In this document: piece after piece, positions 1-11,143 of the stretch
How the letters are laid out: every line of letters starts with the position of its first letter
Position numbering within the stretch: position 1 is the stretch's first letter
Origin: Ascidiella aspersa
Taxonomy: Eukaryota
Assembly (NCBI GenBank): GCA_963924565.1
Contig: OZ004614.1
Span: forward strand, 18,290,001 to 18,354,000
Length of the DNA: 64,000 nucleotides
Reading direction: 5' to 3'
Position numbers and translations under genes: made by a program
Notes under the pieces: generated by a model
The model's input: the letters and a program-made list of their open reading frames with translations, nothing else
The model's database searches: none
Told to the model about the DNA's origin: nothing

Positions 1-252
1 CGAGTGAAATCGAAAGAATGAAGGCGGGCGGTTTGAAACGCCTTTTATAATCCCCACGCCTGTCGAAAAACCGCCCGACGGTTGAAAAGCGCGCGCAGTA
101 ACACCCAATCGTTTTTTCCGCGCACTCTCGCACTGCTCCATTGGCGAAAGCGTCGAGCCGTCATTTGCATCTCTTCCGATCTATAAGCGACGAGAGTGGA
201 AAAACACGCCACACTCTTCGTCGTCGAAAGCACTGAAGAACCTCCTGTCAAA
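1..252. promoter_or_regulatory. Divergent H2A/H2B promoter and H2B 5'UTR
   Basis: Minus-strand TATAAAA (~43-49) and CATTC cap-like motif for H2A; CCAAT (~106) and ATTGG (~140); octamer ATTTGCAT 163-170 and TATAA 182-186 before H2B. Near-identical copy starts at 17664. Confidence 0.85.
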
Positions 253-612
253 ATGGCTGCAAGCAAAGGCACCAAAAAGGCTGTCAAGAAGCACAACACC
301 AGCGATAACAAAAAGAAGCGCCGACACAAGCGCAAGGAATCTTTCAGCATCTACATTTACAAGGTGCTGAAGCAGGTCCACCCTGACACCGGCATATCGA
401 GCAAGGCGATGAGCATCATGAACTCGTTCGTGAACGACATCTTCGAGCGTATTGCCAGCGAGAGCTCGCGCCTTGCCCACTACAACAAGCGCTCAACAAT
501 CAGCAGTCGGGAAATCCAGACCGCTGTTCGTCTGCTTTTGCCTGGCGAGTTGGCCAAGCACGCCGTTTCCGAGGGCACCAAGGCCGTCACCAAATACACC
601 AGCTCCAAGTAA
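253..612 (+). CDS. H2B: Histone H2B (119 aa), intact, uninserted allele
   Basis: [11 protein letters not shown]...[28 protein letters not shown]...AVTKYTSSK; ATG at 253 rather than the ORF-track start at 196. Confidence 0.98.
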   Translation: MAASKGTKKAVKKHNTSDNKKKRRHKRKESFSIYIYKVLKQVHPDTGISSKAMSIMNSFVNDIFERIASESSRLAHYNKRSTISSREIQTAVRLLLPGELAKHAVSEGTKAVTKYTSSK

Positions 613-645
613 ATTTCGGTTTGCTTGTCAGCTGAACCAAAAAAC

Positions 646-681
646 GGCTCTTTTCAGAGCCACCCATAACTTTGAAAGAGA
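646..681 (+). terminator. H2B histone 3' stem-loop and downstream element
   Basis: GGCTCTTTTCAGAGCC 646-661 followed by ACCCA and purine-rich GAAAGAGA. Confidence 0.95.
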
Positions 682-2144
682 CAAACCCGATCGCTTTGCA
701 AAAGGCTGCATTTTGTGTGTTTTGCTAATCGTATTGTTGCTCTTTTCATTCCCACATTAGTCAACGAGCGATTGATTTACTGTAAGTTCGAAATAGGTGG
801 AATCGAGCCCAAACTGAGAAAAGTTGGGCCCGAAAGCTTTCAAGTGCTAAACTATTTTCTAACTAAAATTATATTTCAAAAAAAACAAAACAAAAAAACA
901 ATGACGTTCTGGCACTTGTTGAGAAATGTAGGTAGGGTAGGGTAGGATGGAGAGGCTAGCAGAAACAACGGGTCGGACCGGCGAAGGAGGCAGGCGGTCG
1001 GTCGGTGGAAAACGAAAAGAAACAGTTGGTGTTGTGCGGCCCCGAGACAGCCTTAGCTAGGCGGGCAGCACGTTACGTTAGTCAATTAGGAAAAAACAGA
1101 AAAGCTGATTTTGCAATTTGCCAACAGGCAGGCAGGCAAACACATTATTGAGAATGAGTTTTGTTTCTTTTCGGTGGTTCAGTTTCGGCAGTCTCAGTTA
1201 AGGGCTTGTTGCCTGGCTCGAACAGCAGCAAAAACTGTTCTAAAGGCGGTCCCTTGGCTGACTGCCTGTGCTTAGGCGACAAATCGCAGGGCTTTAATTT
1301 TTCGTGTACACGGTCTCGGTGTGACCCAGCCTCGAAAGCAATATCACCGGGTAGTCTTGGGAGGCCCAAATCGATCGCGCGTTGGCGTTTTGGCAACTGA
1401 ACACCTCGAAAAGGGCAGTCGTTCAGCTAAAGCCGAACGTTTCGAGCGTTGCTGACGACGGTGTGTCCTACTCAGCGACTTGATAGTCGACGGGTGCGCG
1501 CTACAGGACCTCAGGCGCTGGTAGACAAAATTTGAAGCGCCACCTCGGTCGGGCAGCCAGGCAAGCGAGCCTCTTGCTAAAATCAAAAGCACACCAAAGT
1601 GCAAGCAGTCGGCAGCAAACCTTTTCGGCATTTCACCGATTTCGCTTTGGTACGCAAACCACGTACAAATGGCCAGCGTGTGCTGTGTCGTCATAAATCC
1701 TTTATTGTTTCTTCGTTGTCGAAGAGAAGTTGATTGAATTAGCAAGCAAATTGCCATTTAGAAGGGATTGTCTATCCCTGGGATTGTCTATCCCTGCGCT
1801 TAAGCTTTGCTTGACAACCAGACAACTGAACATATTTATACTGTCAGACAGTCGCAAATTACATCTGCGACTTATTTTGCTGCTACCAAGTCGGGTAGTG
1901 GAAAGTTAGTTCTGCGTAAAGACGCAACTTGGATTACTCTCGCCATCTGCAACCAACTTGGAATTGGATTAGCGCGGCTGCGCCATCAACCCTGCAACCA
2001 GGTGTGAACTTTCTTATTTCCTGAGTAACATTGCTATATAAACTGCCCTACCGGCCAACTGACAAGCCGCCATTTTGTCAAACCTGGCACTTCGGGAAAT
2101 TTTTTGAAATTCTGCGGGAAATTTAGATTCCGTACCTCGCCGAA

Positions 2145-3428
2145 ATGGCCCCTACCACGAGTTGTCCTTTAACGGAAGCTGAACTCAAAAGCCTGATTAA
2201 TTTCGATCGTTCTACAGAGGTAGAAGCTCAGTTTACCCCAGCCCACTCTCGCCCCGCCATTTATGACCTTCTGGCTCACCTTCGCTTTAAGTTTACCAAC
2301 CTAGAGGGGCTGACACAACTTCCTAATGGTCGAGTGCAATTCGTTTGCACGACCAAAGAAAAAGCTGTAGAGCTAGCTAACCTCCTAAGACCCCATGCAC
2401 GCTATGCAGAAACATTTAATCCAGATACGATAAAAGTCCGTCTCAGCTACGTGCCAATAAGACTCTCTGACAAGGCCTTAGCCCGGATATTCTCCGCAAA
2501 ATTCGCGACGTGCCTCCGATCAAGAGAGATGCGCGACTCCTATGGTTATAAGAACGGCAAACGTGAACTAACAGTGGTCAATTCTGAAATTATGCAAAGC
2601 CCCCTTCCGAAAGAGGCATGGATAGGTCCATTCAAAATAGGAATCCACTACGATGGTCAACCCCCATTTTGCAAATACTGCAAAGCACAGGACCACGAGG
2701 TGGAGCATTGCACAAAATTAAAAGAGAAAAAGAAGCAAATTAAAGAAAAAGAAATACTAGATAAAAAAATAGCATCAAACATCCATCCTAACCATAACCA
2801 ATTCAATCAGGACCCAATATTTAGTGCCATATTAGAAAACATGGACATCTTCCCCAACCTGGCAGGACCCACAACCTCCAATATTTTCCTTGCGGGAACT
2901 AGACCCGAAAACCATACCAAAACTACCAGTACCCCCCAACCCGGAACCATCCCCCCACCTGCCCACACGATTGTCCAATCCCAACCAGCAGTGACCGACA
3001 AAGTTGAACCTCACCACGATGACAACATCAATCGCATCGTCCCGATTCACATGAATATCCCCTCAGACTTAGAGTCGGACGAACACGAAGATGAAGACGA
3101 CCTTGAAGAAGCCGACAACCACAACGAGAATGGAAATAAATGCGAGTCGAAAGACTTGCAGGAATTTCGAAAAGAAAAGCAACCAGAAGACCGCCCACCA
3201 CCTCCCCCCAAACCCACACCTTCTTACGCATACCCCGGACTCCCAAAACCATCCATTGTTGACCCTGCAAAAAGAGATAGATCGGGTGACTCAACTCCCG
3301 ACCGTAAACCCAAAAACCCCAAAACCCAAAACACCATCTATGAATGCCCCCAATGTTTTACGTCCTTTATTGATGACATACAAAATTGTGACTGCGTCAT
3401 ACCCACACTCCCAGATTCCACAATATAA
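2145..3428 (+). CDS. Family A ORF1p (427 aa), nucleic-acid chaperone with CCHC zinc knuckle
   Basis: CKYCKAQDHEVEHC knuckle, low-complexity tail, C-terminal CPQC..CDC; lies upstream of ORF2. Confidence 0.85.
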   Translation: MAPTTSCPLTEAELKSLINFDRSTEVEAQFTPAHSRPAIYDLLAHLRFKFTNLEGLTQLPNGRVQFVCTTKEKAVELANLLRPHARYAETFNPDTIKVRLSYVPIRLSDKALARIFSAKFATCLRSREMRDSYGYKNGKRELTVVNSEIMQSPLPKEAWIGPFKIGIHYDGQPPFCKYCKAQDHEVEHCTKLKEKKKQIKEKEILDKKIASNIHPNHNQFNQDPIFSAILENMDIFPNLAGPTTSNIFLAGTRPENHTKTTSTPQPGTIPPPAHTIVQSQPAVTDKVEPHHDDNINRIVPIHMNIPSDLESDEHEDEDDLEEADNHNENGNKCESKDLQEFRKEKQPEDRPPPPPKPTPSYAYPGLPKPSIVDPAKRDRSGDSTPDRKPKNPKTQNTIYECPQCFTSFIDDIQNCDCVIPTLPDSTI

Positions 3429-3556
3429 CCCCCTCCCCCCCCCGCCCATCCTTGTCGTTGATATATCCTTATTTATTGTTTGTGTAACTTAAATTTAGTA
3501 ACTGTAGCCTATAACTGTTGTTTTATTGTAATCATGCAACTACCGTAAAATGTAGA

Positions 3557-6500
3557 ATGCCCGCATACCTAAAAGTCATAACGCTAAACGTCGCGGGCAT
3601 ACACAACCCCCGTCGACGTTTAGCCATTTTCGAACTCCTAAAGTCCACTCGAGCAGATATAATCCTGCTTCAAGAGACCCACTCCACCCCACAGGACGAG
3701 GCCACCTGGGCCCACGAGTGGACCCCCGGCCCCGCCCTTTTTAACTCCGCCCCCTCCGGAGGCTCTGCCTCTAAGGGAGTAGCCATCTTGTTTAACTCCC
3801 CCACCTTCACCCCAACAAACGTCTTCTCTGACTTAACCGGCAGAACCTTATCATGTGACATCACCAACTTGGACCCAACTATCCACATAACTAACATATA
3901 CGCCCCATCCGGCAATAGAACCGCAAACACCAAATTCTTTGAAAATCTATACCCATACCTCACCTCCCCAAACCCGATAGTTTTTGCAGGAGACTTCAAT
4001 TCTGTTTTACAACCCCACTTGGACATTTACCCCCCAAAATCAGCCCGCCATATAAACAAATCTCTAGCCACACTCATCGCCACAATACAATTAATTGACC
4101 CCTATAGAACTGCAAACCCTGACACCCAAATTTTTACAAGAAGACAAACGAACACACAATCACGCATAGATCGATTCTACATCTCGTCAGATATCATAGC
4201 CACCAACTATTCAGTTACCCCTTTTTCCCTCTCCGATCATGACCAGGTCCTAATAACCATTAATATACCCATACGCCCCCCAACAGGCCACGGCCTTTGG
4301 AGAAATAACATCCAAACTCTGAAACACCAAGATTTCAAAACCAAACTTCAAGTTAAACTCCACTGGCTAACGACATTAAAACACGACTTTGACCCGCTCA
4401 GTTTCTGGACCCTAATAAAGGAAAGAGCTGCTACCCTCCATAAAATAGTACATAAAGAGAACAACATAACTAACTCCCGGGAAATAACCCAGAAACATTT
4501 GGACTTAGCCAAATTAAGGGAGGAAATGAATCCCAATAACTACCAGCAAACCCTTGTTAAGTTCCAGAATCTCAAGCGTGAATTAAACAAACATTATATA
4601 TCAAAAGCACGATACGATCTGTTAAAAGCAAAAGCAAACTTAATAGAAAACAAAAACCTCTCTACCAAAACCCTCTACAAACTAGTGCTACCTAAAAAAC
4701 ATTCCAGTCACATTAAAGAACTACTAGACGAAAATTCATTACCGTATGACACCCCCGTTGAACTATGCAACATCGCGAAAAAATTCTACGGAGAACTTTA
4801 TGCACCATCACCCCCCACATACCACCACCTAAACCACTTTACCGATAACCATATACCCATTCCAGACCAGTTAAACACGGCACTAACCCAACCCATTACC
4901 CTTATAGAAATCCGACAAGCAATTAAAGCCTTTCCATCTGGTAAGACCCCCGGGCCCGATGGGCTAACTATCGAGTTCTACAACGAGTGCTGGGATTTAA
5001 TCGGACCCAAGGCTGCCACTCTAAATTTCCATTTTTCCCTACCACACATGCCAGTTTTACCCTACGTTTTCCCTACGCTTTTGCGGGTAAATCTAGGGGC
5101 CCTACAACAACTCCATTGACGTAAGTGGGCTAAAAAACAAAATAGGGAGAGGAAATTTGCCCGGCAACCAGCTTCCGTACTTAAAATTTTTTTAAGTTAT
5201 TTTATTTAATTTTCCATTTTAGAAGAATGAGTCAGTCCCCAAAGTTTGAAATTTAAAGTTCAGTAAACGGCTAGTATAGTGCCTTCTTTCTGTAGGCCTA
5301 ATATTTTCACACCAAGTTCTATAATTTAATGTTATTTGGTAAATAACTCCATTGCACGTGTCTAAACCCCATAATTTTATTTTTTACGAAAATACCCTAC
5401 TTCCCCCTACAAAGTACGCTTTTCCCCGTAGGTATTCCCTACCCCCTACTTTAGGCGAAAATACCCTACCGTAGGGTAATATCCCTACGAGTGGCAGCCT
5501 TGATCGGACCCCACCTCCTCCCCGCCCTCAACCATGCATACTTCTCCCCCTCTCTCCCTCCTACTTTCGTAGAAGGCGCAATAATACTAATCCCCAAAAC
5601 CACAGATGCCAACACCCTCTCGAACTTCCGCCCCATCTCACTTTTAAATACAGACCTTAAAATTCTTAACAAAATTCTCAACACCCGCATCAAACCCCAT
5701 CTAAAACATTTTATTTCCCCCAACCAGCATGCCCAAACCAACAAAAATACCTCCACCGCCTCCAACCTCCTCCGCGACCTATATCATTTCTCATCCCAGA
5801 GCGACACCCACTCCTTCTTCATATCGCTCGACTTCAAAAAAGCCTTTGACTCCATAACCCATACCTGGCTCTCCCACTCCCTTATTTCCCGTAATTTCCC
5901 CCCGTGTTTTGTAAACTACCTGACCGCTACCCAAACCTCGGCTTCATCCCAAATTCTAATTAACGGTCACCCCTCCCAACCCGTGGCGATCAGGAGAGGA
6001 GTGAGACAAGGCGACCCGCTAAGTCTCACCCTCTTCCTGATCGCCCTCGACCCTCTCCTCCAAAGTATCCAAAACAACCCCTCCATTGCCCCCTCCCCTG
6101 CTCCCATCCGAAACCCCCCTAAATTTATAGCATATGCAGACGACGTCACCCTCACCCTTGCGCACCACCAATCCCTGCCTGCCTTATTTGACACCTTATC
6201 TAAATTTCACGACACCTCTGGCCTCTCCCTCAATCCCCTTAAAACCAAAGCCACTTACAACCGCTCCCTCCCCCCGCCCTTTCTAAATATCCCCACCATA
6301 AATTGGAACCCCCTAGCCATATTTCCCCTCAACATACCAATTGGCGACCCCACCCAAATTACCCAAGCATGGAACACAGCATACACCGAATTTGTAAACA
6401 AGACCTCACTAATCAAACACCCCTTTCTCACTTTTGACACTAAATCTATTCTATCCAAAACCCTGCTTCTCCCTCACTTCTCCCAACTAGCCCACGTCTA

Positions 6501-7488
6501 CTCCCCCCCGGACCGCATCAAAAACAAAATAAACAAGAAAATGTGCCAATTCATCACCGGTCCCCGCAACCCCACCATCCCATTGGACAAGCTCGCGGCC
6601 AGCCGCCCACACGGAGGCTACTCCATTGCCAACATTCCCCTCTATTCGGACCTTTTTCTTATAAGACAAGTAGGCGCATACTTGCGACACCGCTTAGCTG
6701 ACACCCCATCCGACACACAAACCCAAATAATCGAACACCAGCTAGGTATTCCATTGGCCCGAAAATACGAGCTCCGTTTCAAAAATACACTCCCCCATAC
6801 CATTTTCCCTTCCCCACACTATAAGCAAATCTGGAACATCATTTTAAAATATAACCCGACCCTAACCGAAATAATATCCCCCAAAATAAAACCCTTATAT
6901 CTCCGACTTACAACCCCACATCAGTACCTCCACCCCACCAACCAAAACCGAAATCCCCCCAACTGGCCACTCATACACCATCCCATGCTTCCCTCCTACC
7001 TTAAAACATTCAACTACAAACTGGCATCAAATGCAATCCCTGTCAAATGCCACACAGTCCCAAATATTCCGTCACTCCAACCAAACTGCCTCCTTTGCCA
7101 CACACGCTATGAGTCGGATGTCCATCTTTTTCATGAATGCCCACAAATACAACCCCTCCTAAATCATGTCAGATACATACACACCGCCTTCACATCCCAC
7201 CAAACAGATTTCTTCAATCACCACTCCCACATCACATTCACCACACCCCTTCAAACCCCCTTCCCAAACAACAACCTAATAACCCTTCTCAACACTGTCT
7301 TACACCATACTATATGGAAAACCAGAATTAAAAAAGCCATATTAGAAACCCCTGACCCAAACCCCACTCCGCCGCAAAAACTGATAACATCCTTCAATCA
7401 ATCAATACGTATGAAATATAGAATCGAACAAGCAAAAACTACTCCAACATATATTGATCTATTCGAAAAGTTAATCACTTTACTATAA
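3557..7488 (+). pseudogene. Family A ORF2p (APE endonuclease-RT-CCHC), interrupted only by a MITE
   Basis: TLNVAG, LQETH, GDFN, SRIDRFY, SDH endonuclease motifs; PGPDG, FRPISLLN, LDFKKAFDS, GVRQGDPLS, YADD; CLLC..HLFHEC. Joining 3557-5007 to 5511-7488 gives one 1142-aa frame. Confidence 0.93.
5008..5502. mobile_element. hAT-type MITE (495 bp)
   Basis: Perfect 14-bp TIR CAAGGCTGCCACTC / GAGTGGCAGCCTTG, 8-bp TSD ATCGGACC (5000-5007, 5503-5510), multiple subterminal CCCTAC repeats. Confidence 0.93.
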
Positions 7489-8063
7489 ACCAAGCTAGAT
7501 CACTCTCACCCCACACCCTCCACCCTAGTTCCCGCCCGACTCCCTTTCTGTCCATTATTGTTTTCATTTCTTAACTTCTAATCTACCAATACAGAGAAAC
7601 CAACGATTTCAGAGAGGTAAAAGTAACCATCGCCGCCATTTTGTTTTTAGAGACGCCATTTTGTTTTTCCGACGGCCATTTTGTTTTGTGATTAAGGCCC
7701 TTTTTAACTGAAATTGACAATTTCAAAGTGTGTCCCTACCCTCTGCAACCACAAAAGCATATCCTCGAAAGAGGGGAGCGAGAAATAAACCCAGAAATAT
7801 CTTTTTTCCTACTCGTTGTTGTTTTTCCTTTTCCTTTCGTGCCAACATGCATACTCCCCTTGTAGGAGGAGTAAAGGCCTCTTATTTGTTTTTATTTTAG
7901 TTTTGTCACTGCTTAACGGTTTACACATCCCCTGCAGTCATGACACCAGCGTGCTGCACCCAGTTTCCCCTGTTATTTTTCGCCATACTTTTCGCCGTCC
8001 GCTACCAAAATTACACACTGCTCGTTGTTCACATCCGAAACGAATATCAATAAATAACCAATA

Positions 8064-8139
8064 AGGGCAATGATGAGCCCAAACCAAAGGGGGGCCCTAG
8101 CAAATTGCTAGCCCCAAAAACCCTGAGGTCACTGAGCCC

Positions 8140-8140
<1 letters not shown>
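8064..8140 (+). ncRNA. Box C/D snoRNA-like (kink-turn) module at the 3' end of family A
   Basis: AGGGC-A-ATGATGA ... CTGA-GCCCT with internal hairpin CTAGC-AAATT-GCTAG; immediately precedes the poly(A). Confidence 0.7.
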
Positions 8141-8185
<45 letters not shown>

Positions 8186-8195
8186 AATCGTCAAA

Positions 8196-8798
8196 ATGTC
8201 AGGAGGCGCAGGAGATAGCAGCAAGCCGAAAGCCAAGAAGGCATCGCCGACCCAGGCGACTCATCCCACCTACCAGGTGATGGTCACCGCCGCCATTACA
8301 CAGCTTAAAGAAAGAAACGGCTCGTCCCGACAGAAGATTGTCAAGTACGTCAAGGACAACTACAAGGTCAGCGACAACTTCAACGTACCCTTAAAAACCT
8401 GCATCAGGCGCCTTATCAAAAGTGGGCAGCTCGTGCAGGTCAAGGGAACTGGTGCTTCGGGCTCTTTCAAGCTCGCCAAGACCGACAAGAAGCCGGTCAA
8501 AAAAGAGGCCAAAAAGAAGCCAGTTGCCGCCAAAAAGCCGGCAGCCAAGAAAGCCGTCGCGGCTAAAAAGCCAGCTTCCGCCTCGGCTAAGAAGACCACC
8601 GCCAAAAAGGCCGCCGCCGCCGCGAAAAAACCCGCCGCAAAGAAGTCGCCCAAAAAGCCGGCTGCCAAAAAAGCGCCGGCAAAGAAATCGACGACGGCCA
8701 AAAAGCCGTCGCCCAAAAAGGCGGTCAAGGCAAAGAAGCCAGCAGCAAAGAAGCAGGCCAAGAAGCCAGCTGCCAAAAAGGCTGCCACTAAAAAGTAA
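8196..8798 (+). CDS. H1: Linker histone H1 (200 aa)
   Basis: [26 protein letters not shown]...[13 protein letters not shown] globular domain; K/A/P-rich tail with SPKK motifs. Confidence 0.97.
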   Translation: MSGGAGDSSKPKAKKASPTQATHPTYQVMVTAAITQLKERNGSSRQKIVKYVKDNYKVSDNFNVPLKTCIRRLIKSGQLVQVKGTGASGSFKLAKTDKKPVKKEAKKKPVAAKKPAAKKAVAAKKPASASAKKTTAKKAAAAAKKPAAKKSPKKPAAKKAPAKKSTTAKKPSPKKAVKAKKPAAKKQAKKPAAKKAATKK

Positions 8799-8857
8799 GC
8801 CCCCCCCAATGATGAGCCGCACGCCTCCCCAATACGGCCGTGGCAAACACAAAAAAC

Positions 8858-8897
8858 GGCTCTTTTCAGAGCCACCTTTTACTCACAAAAGAGATAT
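8858..8897 (+). terminator. H1 histone stem-loop and downstream element
   Basis: GGCTCTTTTCAGAGCC 8858-8873, then AAAAGAGA. Confidence 0.93.
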
Positions 8898-9049
8898 TTT
8901 GAAGCAAGCCGTCGACGCTTGCCTAGAGCATACCGTTAGATATAGGACTTGCGCTTTTGAGATAATTATCGCTACAAACAACAAACGAAAGAAATTTGCC
9001 TCCACTTAAGACGCGGGTCAATTTCAAAGCGTGCTTTTACGCTTGCCAC

Positions 9050-9479
<430 letters not shown>

Positions 9480-9506
9480 AATGTCCGAAACCTAAAAAAC
9501 ATCACC

Positions 9507-9545
9507 GGCCCTTTTCAGGGCCACCCAAAAATGCTAAAAGAGATA
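9507..9545 (+). terminator. H4 histone stem-loop and downstream element
   Basis: GGCCCTTTTCAGGGCC 9507-9522, then AAAAGAGA. Confidence 0.93.
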
Positions 9546-9566
9546 TTTTGTTAAATGCTAAAGCTA

Positions 9567-9585
9567 TGTGTGTGTGTGTGTGTGT
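9567..9585. repeat. (TG)n microsatellite
   Basis: About 9 TG units. Confidence 0.8.
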
Positions 9586-9719
9586 CTTGCTGCCCCAGTC
9601 GTTTAGTCCAGTACGGTTAGAAGGCATTTTGGCGAAAAAGAACGAGGCTCGAAAGGCCTGATAAGTCTCATGTCACATTATGCCGAAAGGCGCAAATCTC
9701 TCGGCCGGCGAGAAGAACG

Positions 9720-10261
<542 letters not shown>

Positions 10262-10294
10262 GTCCGTGCAAACGCCGAACATCAACAACACAAC

Positions 10295-10332
10295 GGCTCT
10301 TTTCAGAGCCACCTATTGTTTTGAAAAGAGAT
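10295..10332 (+). terminator. H3 histone stem-loop and downstream element
   Basis: GGCTCTTTTCAGAGCC 10295-10310, then GAAAAGAGA. Confidence 0.93.
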
Positions 10333-10693
10333 TTTAAACTCCGGTAAAGCGTTCGACTGCTAAGCGTAAGCCACCGACCCGACTCGCAACGGGTGGTATC
10401 ACGCGGACGCGTAGGGGGATCTACTAGGCCGTCTGGTCCGAAATGATGCCAGAGTGGCAGATTGGGGTTGCCTTTTGGCTTTTGGCGTTAACGGCCCTCG
10501 AAATACTTTATGCCCTGGCAAGTAAGCCAGCATCTCGGTTTGACACATGCGTCCTTTTAGCGAGTTTTTCGGTCGTCGCTCGAAGGTTTGTTATTTGCCA
10601 AGTAAAATCCTGCTCACTAACGAACTAGGGGGGTACATTTCAAGGTAGAGGCAGGTACTATAACTAGCAGTAAGTTTAAGCAAGCCAAATGGT

Positions 10694-10729
10694 TCTCTTT
10701 CAAACTGTAGGGTGGCTCTGAAAAGAGCC
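10694..10729 (-). terminator. H2A histone stem-loop and downstream element
   Basis: Reverse complement GGCTCTTTTCAGAGCC at 10714-10729, then GAAAGAGA. Confidence 0.93.
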
Positions 10730-10756
10730 GTTTTTTGGTGTGAAGCAGTTGTTGCT

Positions 10757-11143
<387 letters not shown>

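Larger units (their letters stand above)
1764..8183 (+). mobile_element. Family A: full-length L1/Tx1-type non-LTR retrotransposon inserted in the H1 5'UTR
   Basis: 5'UTR, ORF1, ORF2, 3'UTR and 41-nt poly(A) 8143-8183 abutting GAAATCGTCAAA-ATG of H1. 5' end placed at the GGGATTGTCTATCCCT motif, also seen at 52615. Possible short TSD AGAA (1760-1763 / 8183-8186). Confidence 0.9.

Noticed and set aside
196-252. N-terminal extensions of H2B (196), H3 (9839) and C ORF1 (17804, 24173)
   Set aside because: Non-ATG starts from the ORF caller that run through promoter, UTR or poly(A) sequence.
1600-1763. H1 promoter (CATAAAT ~1692)
   Set aside because: Plausible by position, but the motifs are too weak to annotate without an empty H1 allele.
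8064-8140. SECIS element reading of the ATGA...GA motif
   Set aside because: No in-frame Sec-type TGA in the intact ORFs and no regular helix II with an apical AA. The full ATGATGA/CTGA pair with a closing stem fits box C/D better.
8064-8140. Bona fide host methylation-guide snoRNA gene
   Set aside because: The region upstream of box D is short, variable and self-paired, with no evident conserved antisense guide, and the module always travels with the element 3' end.
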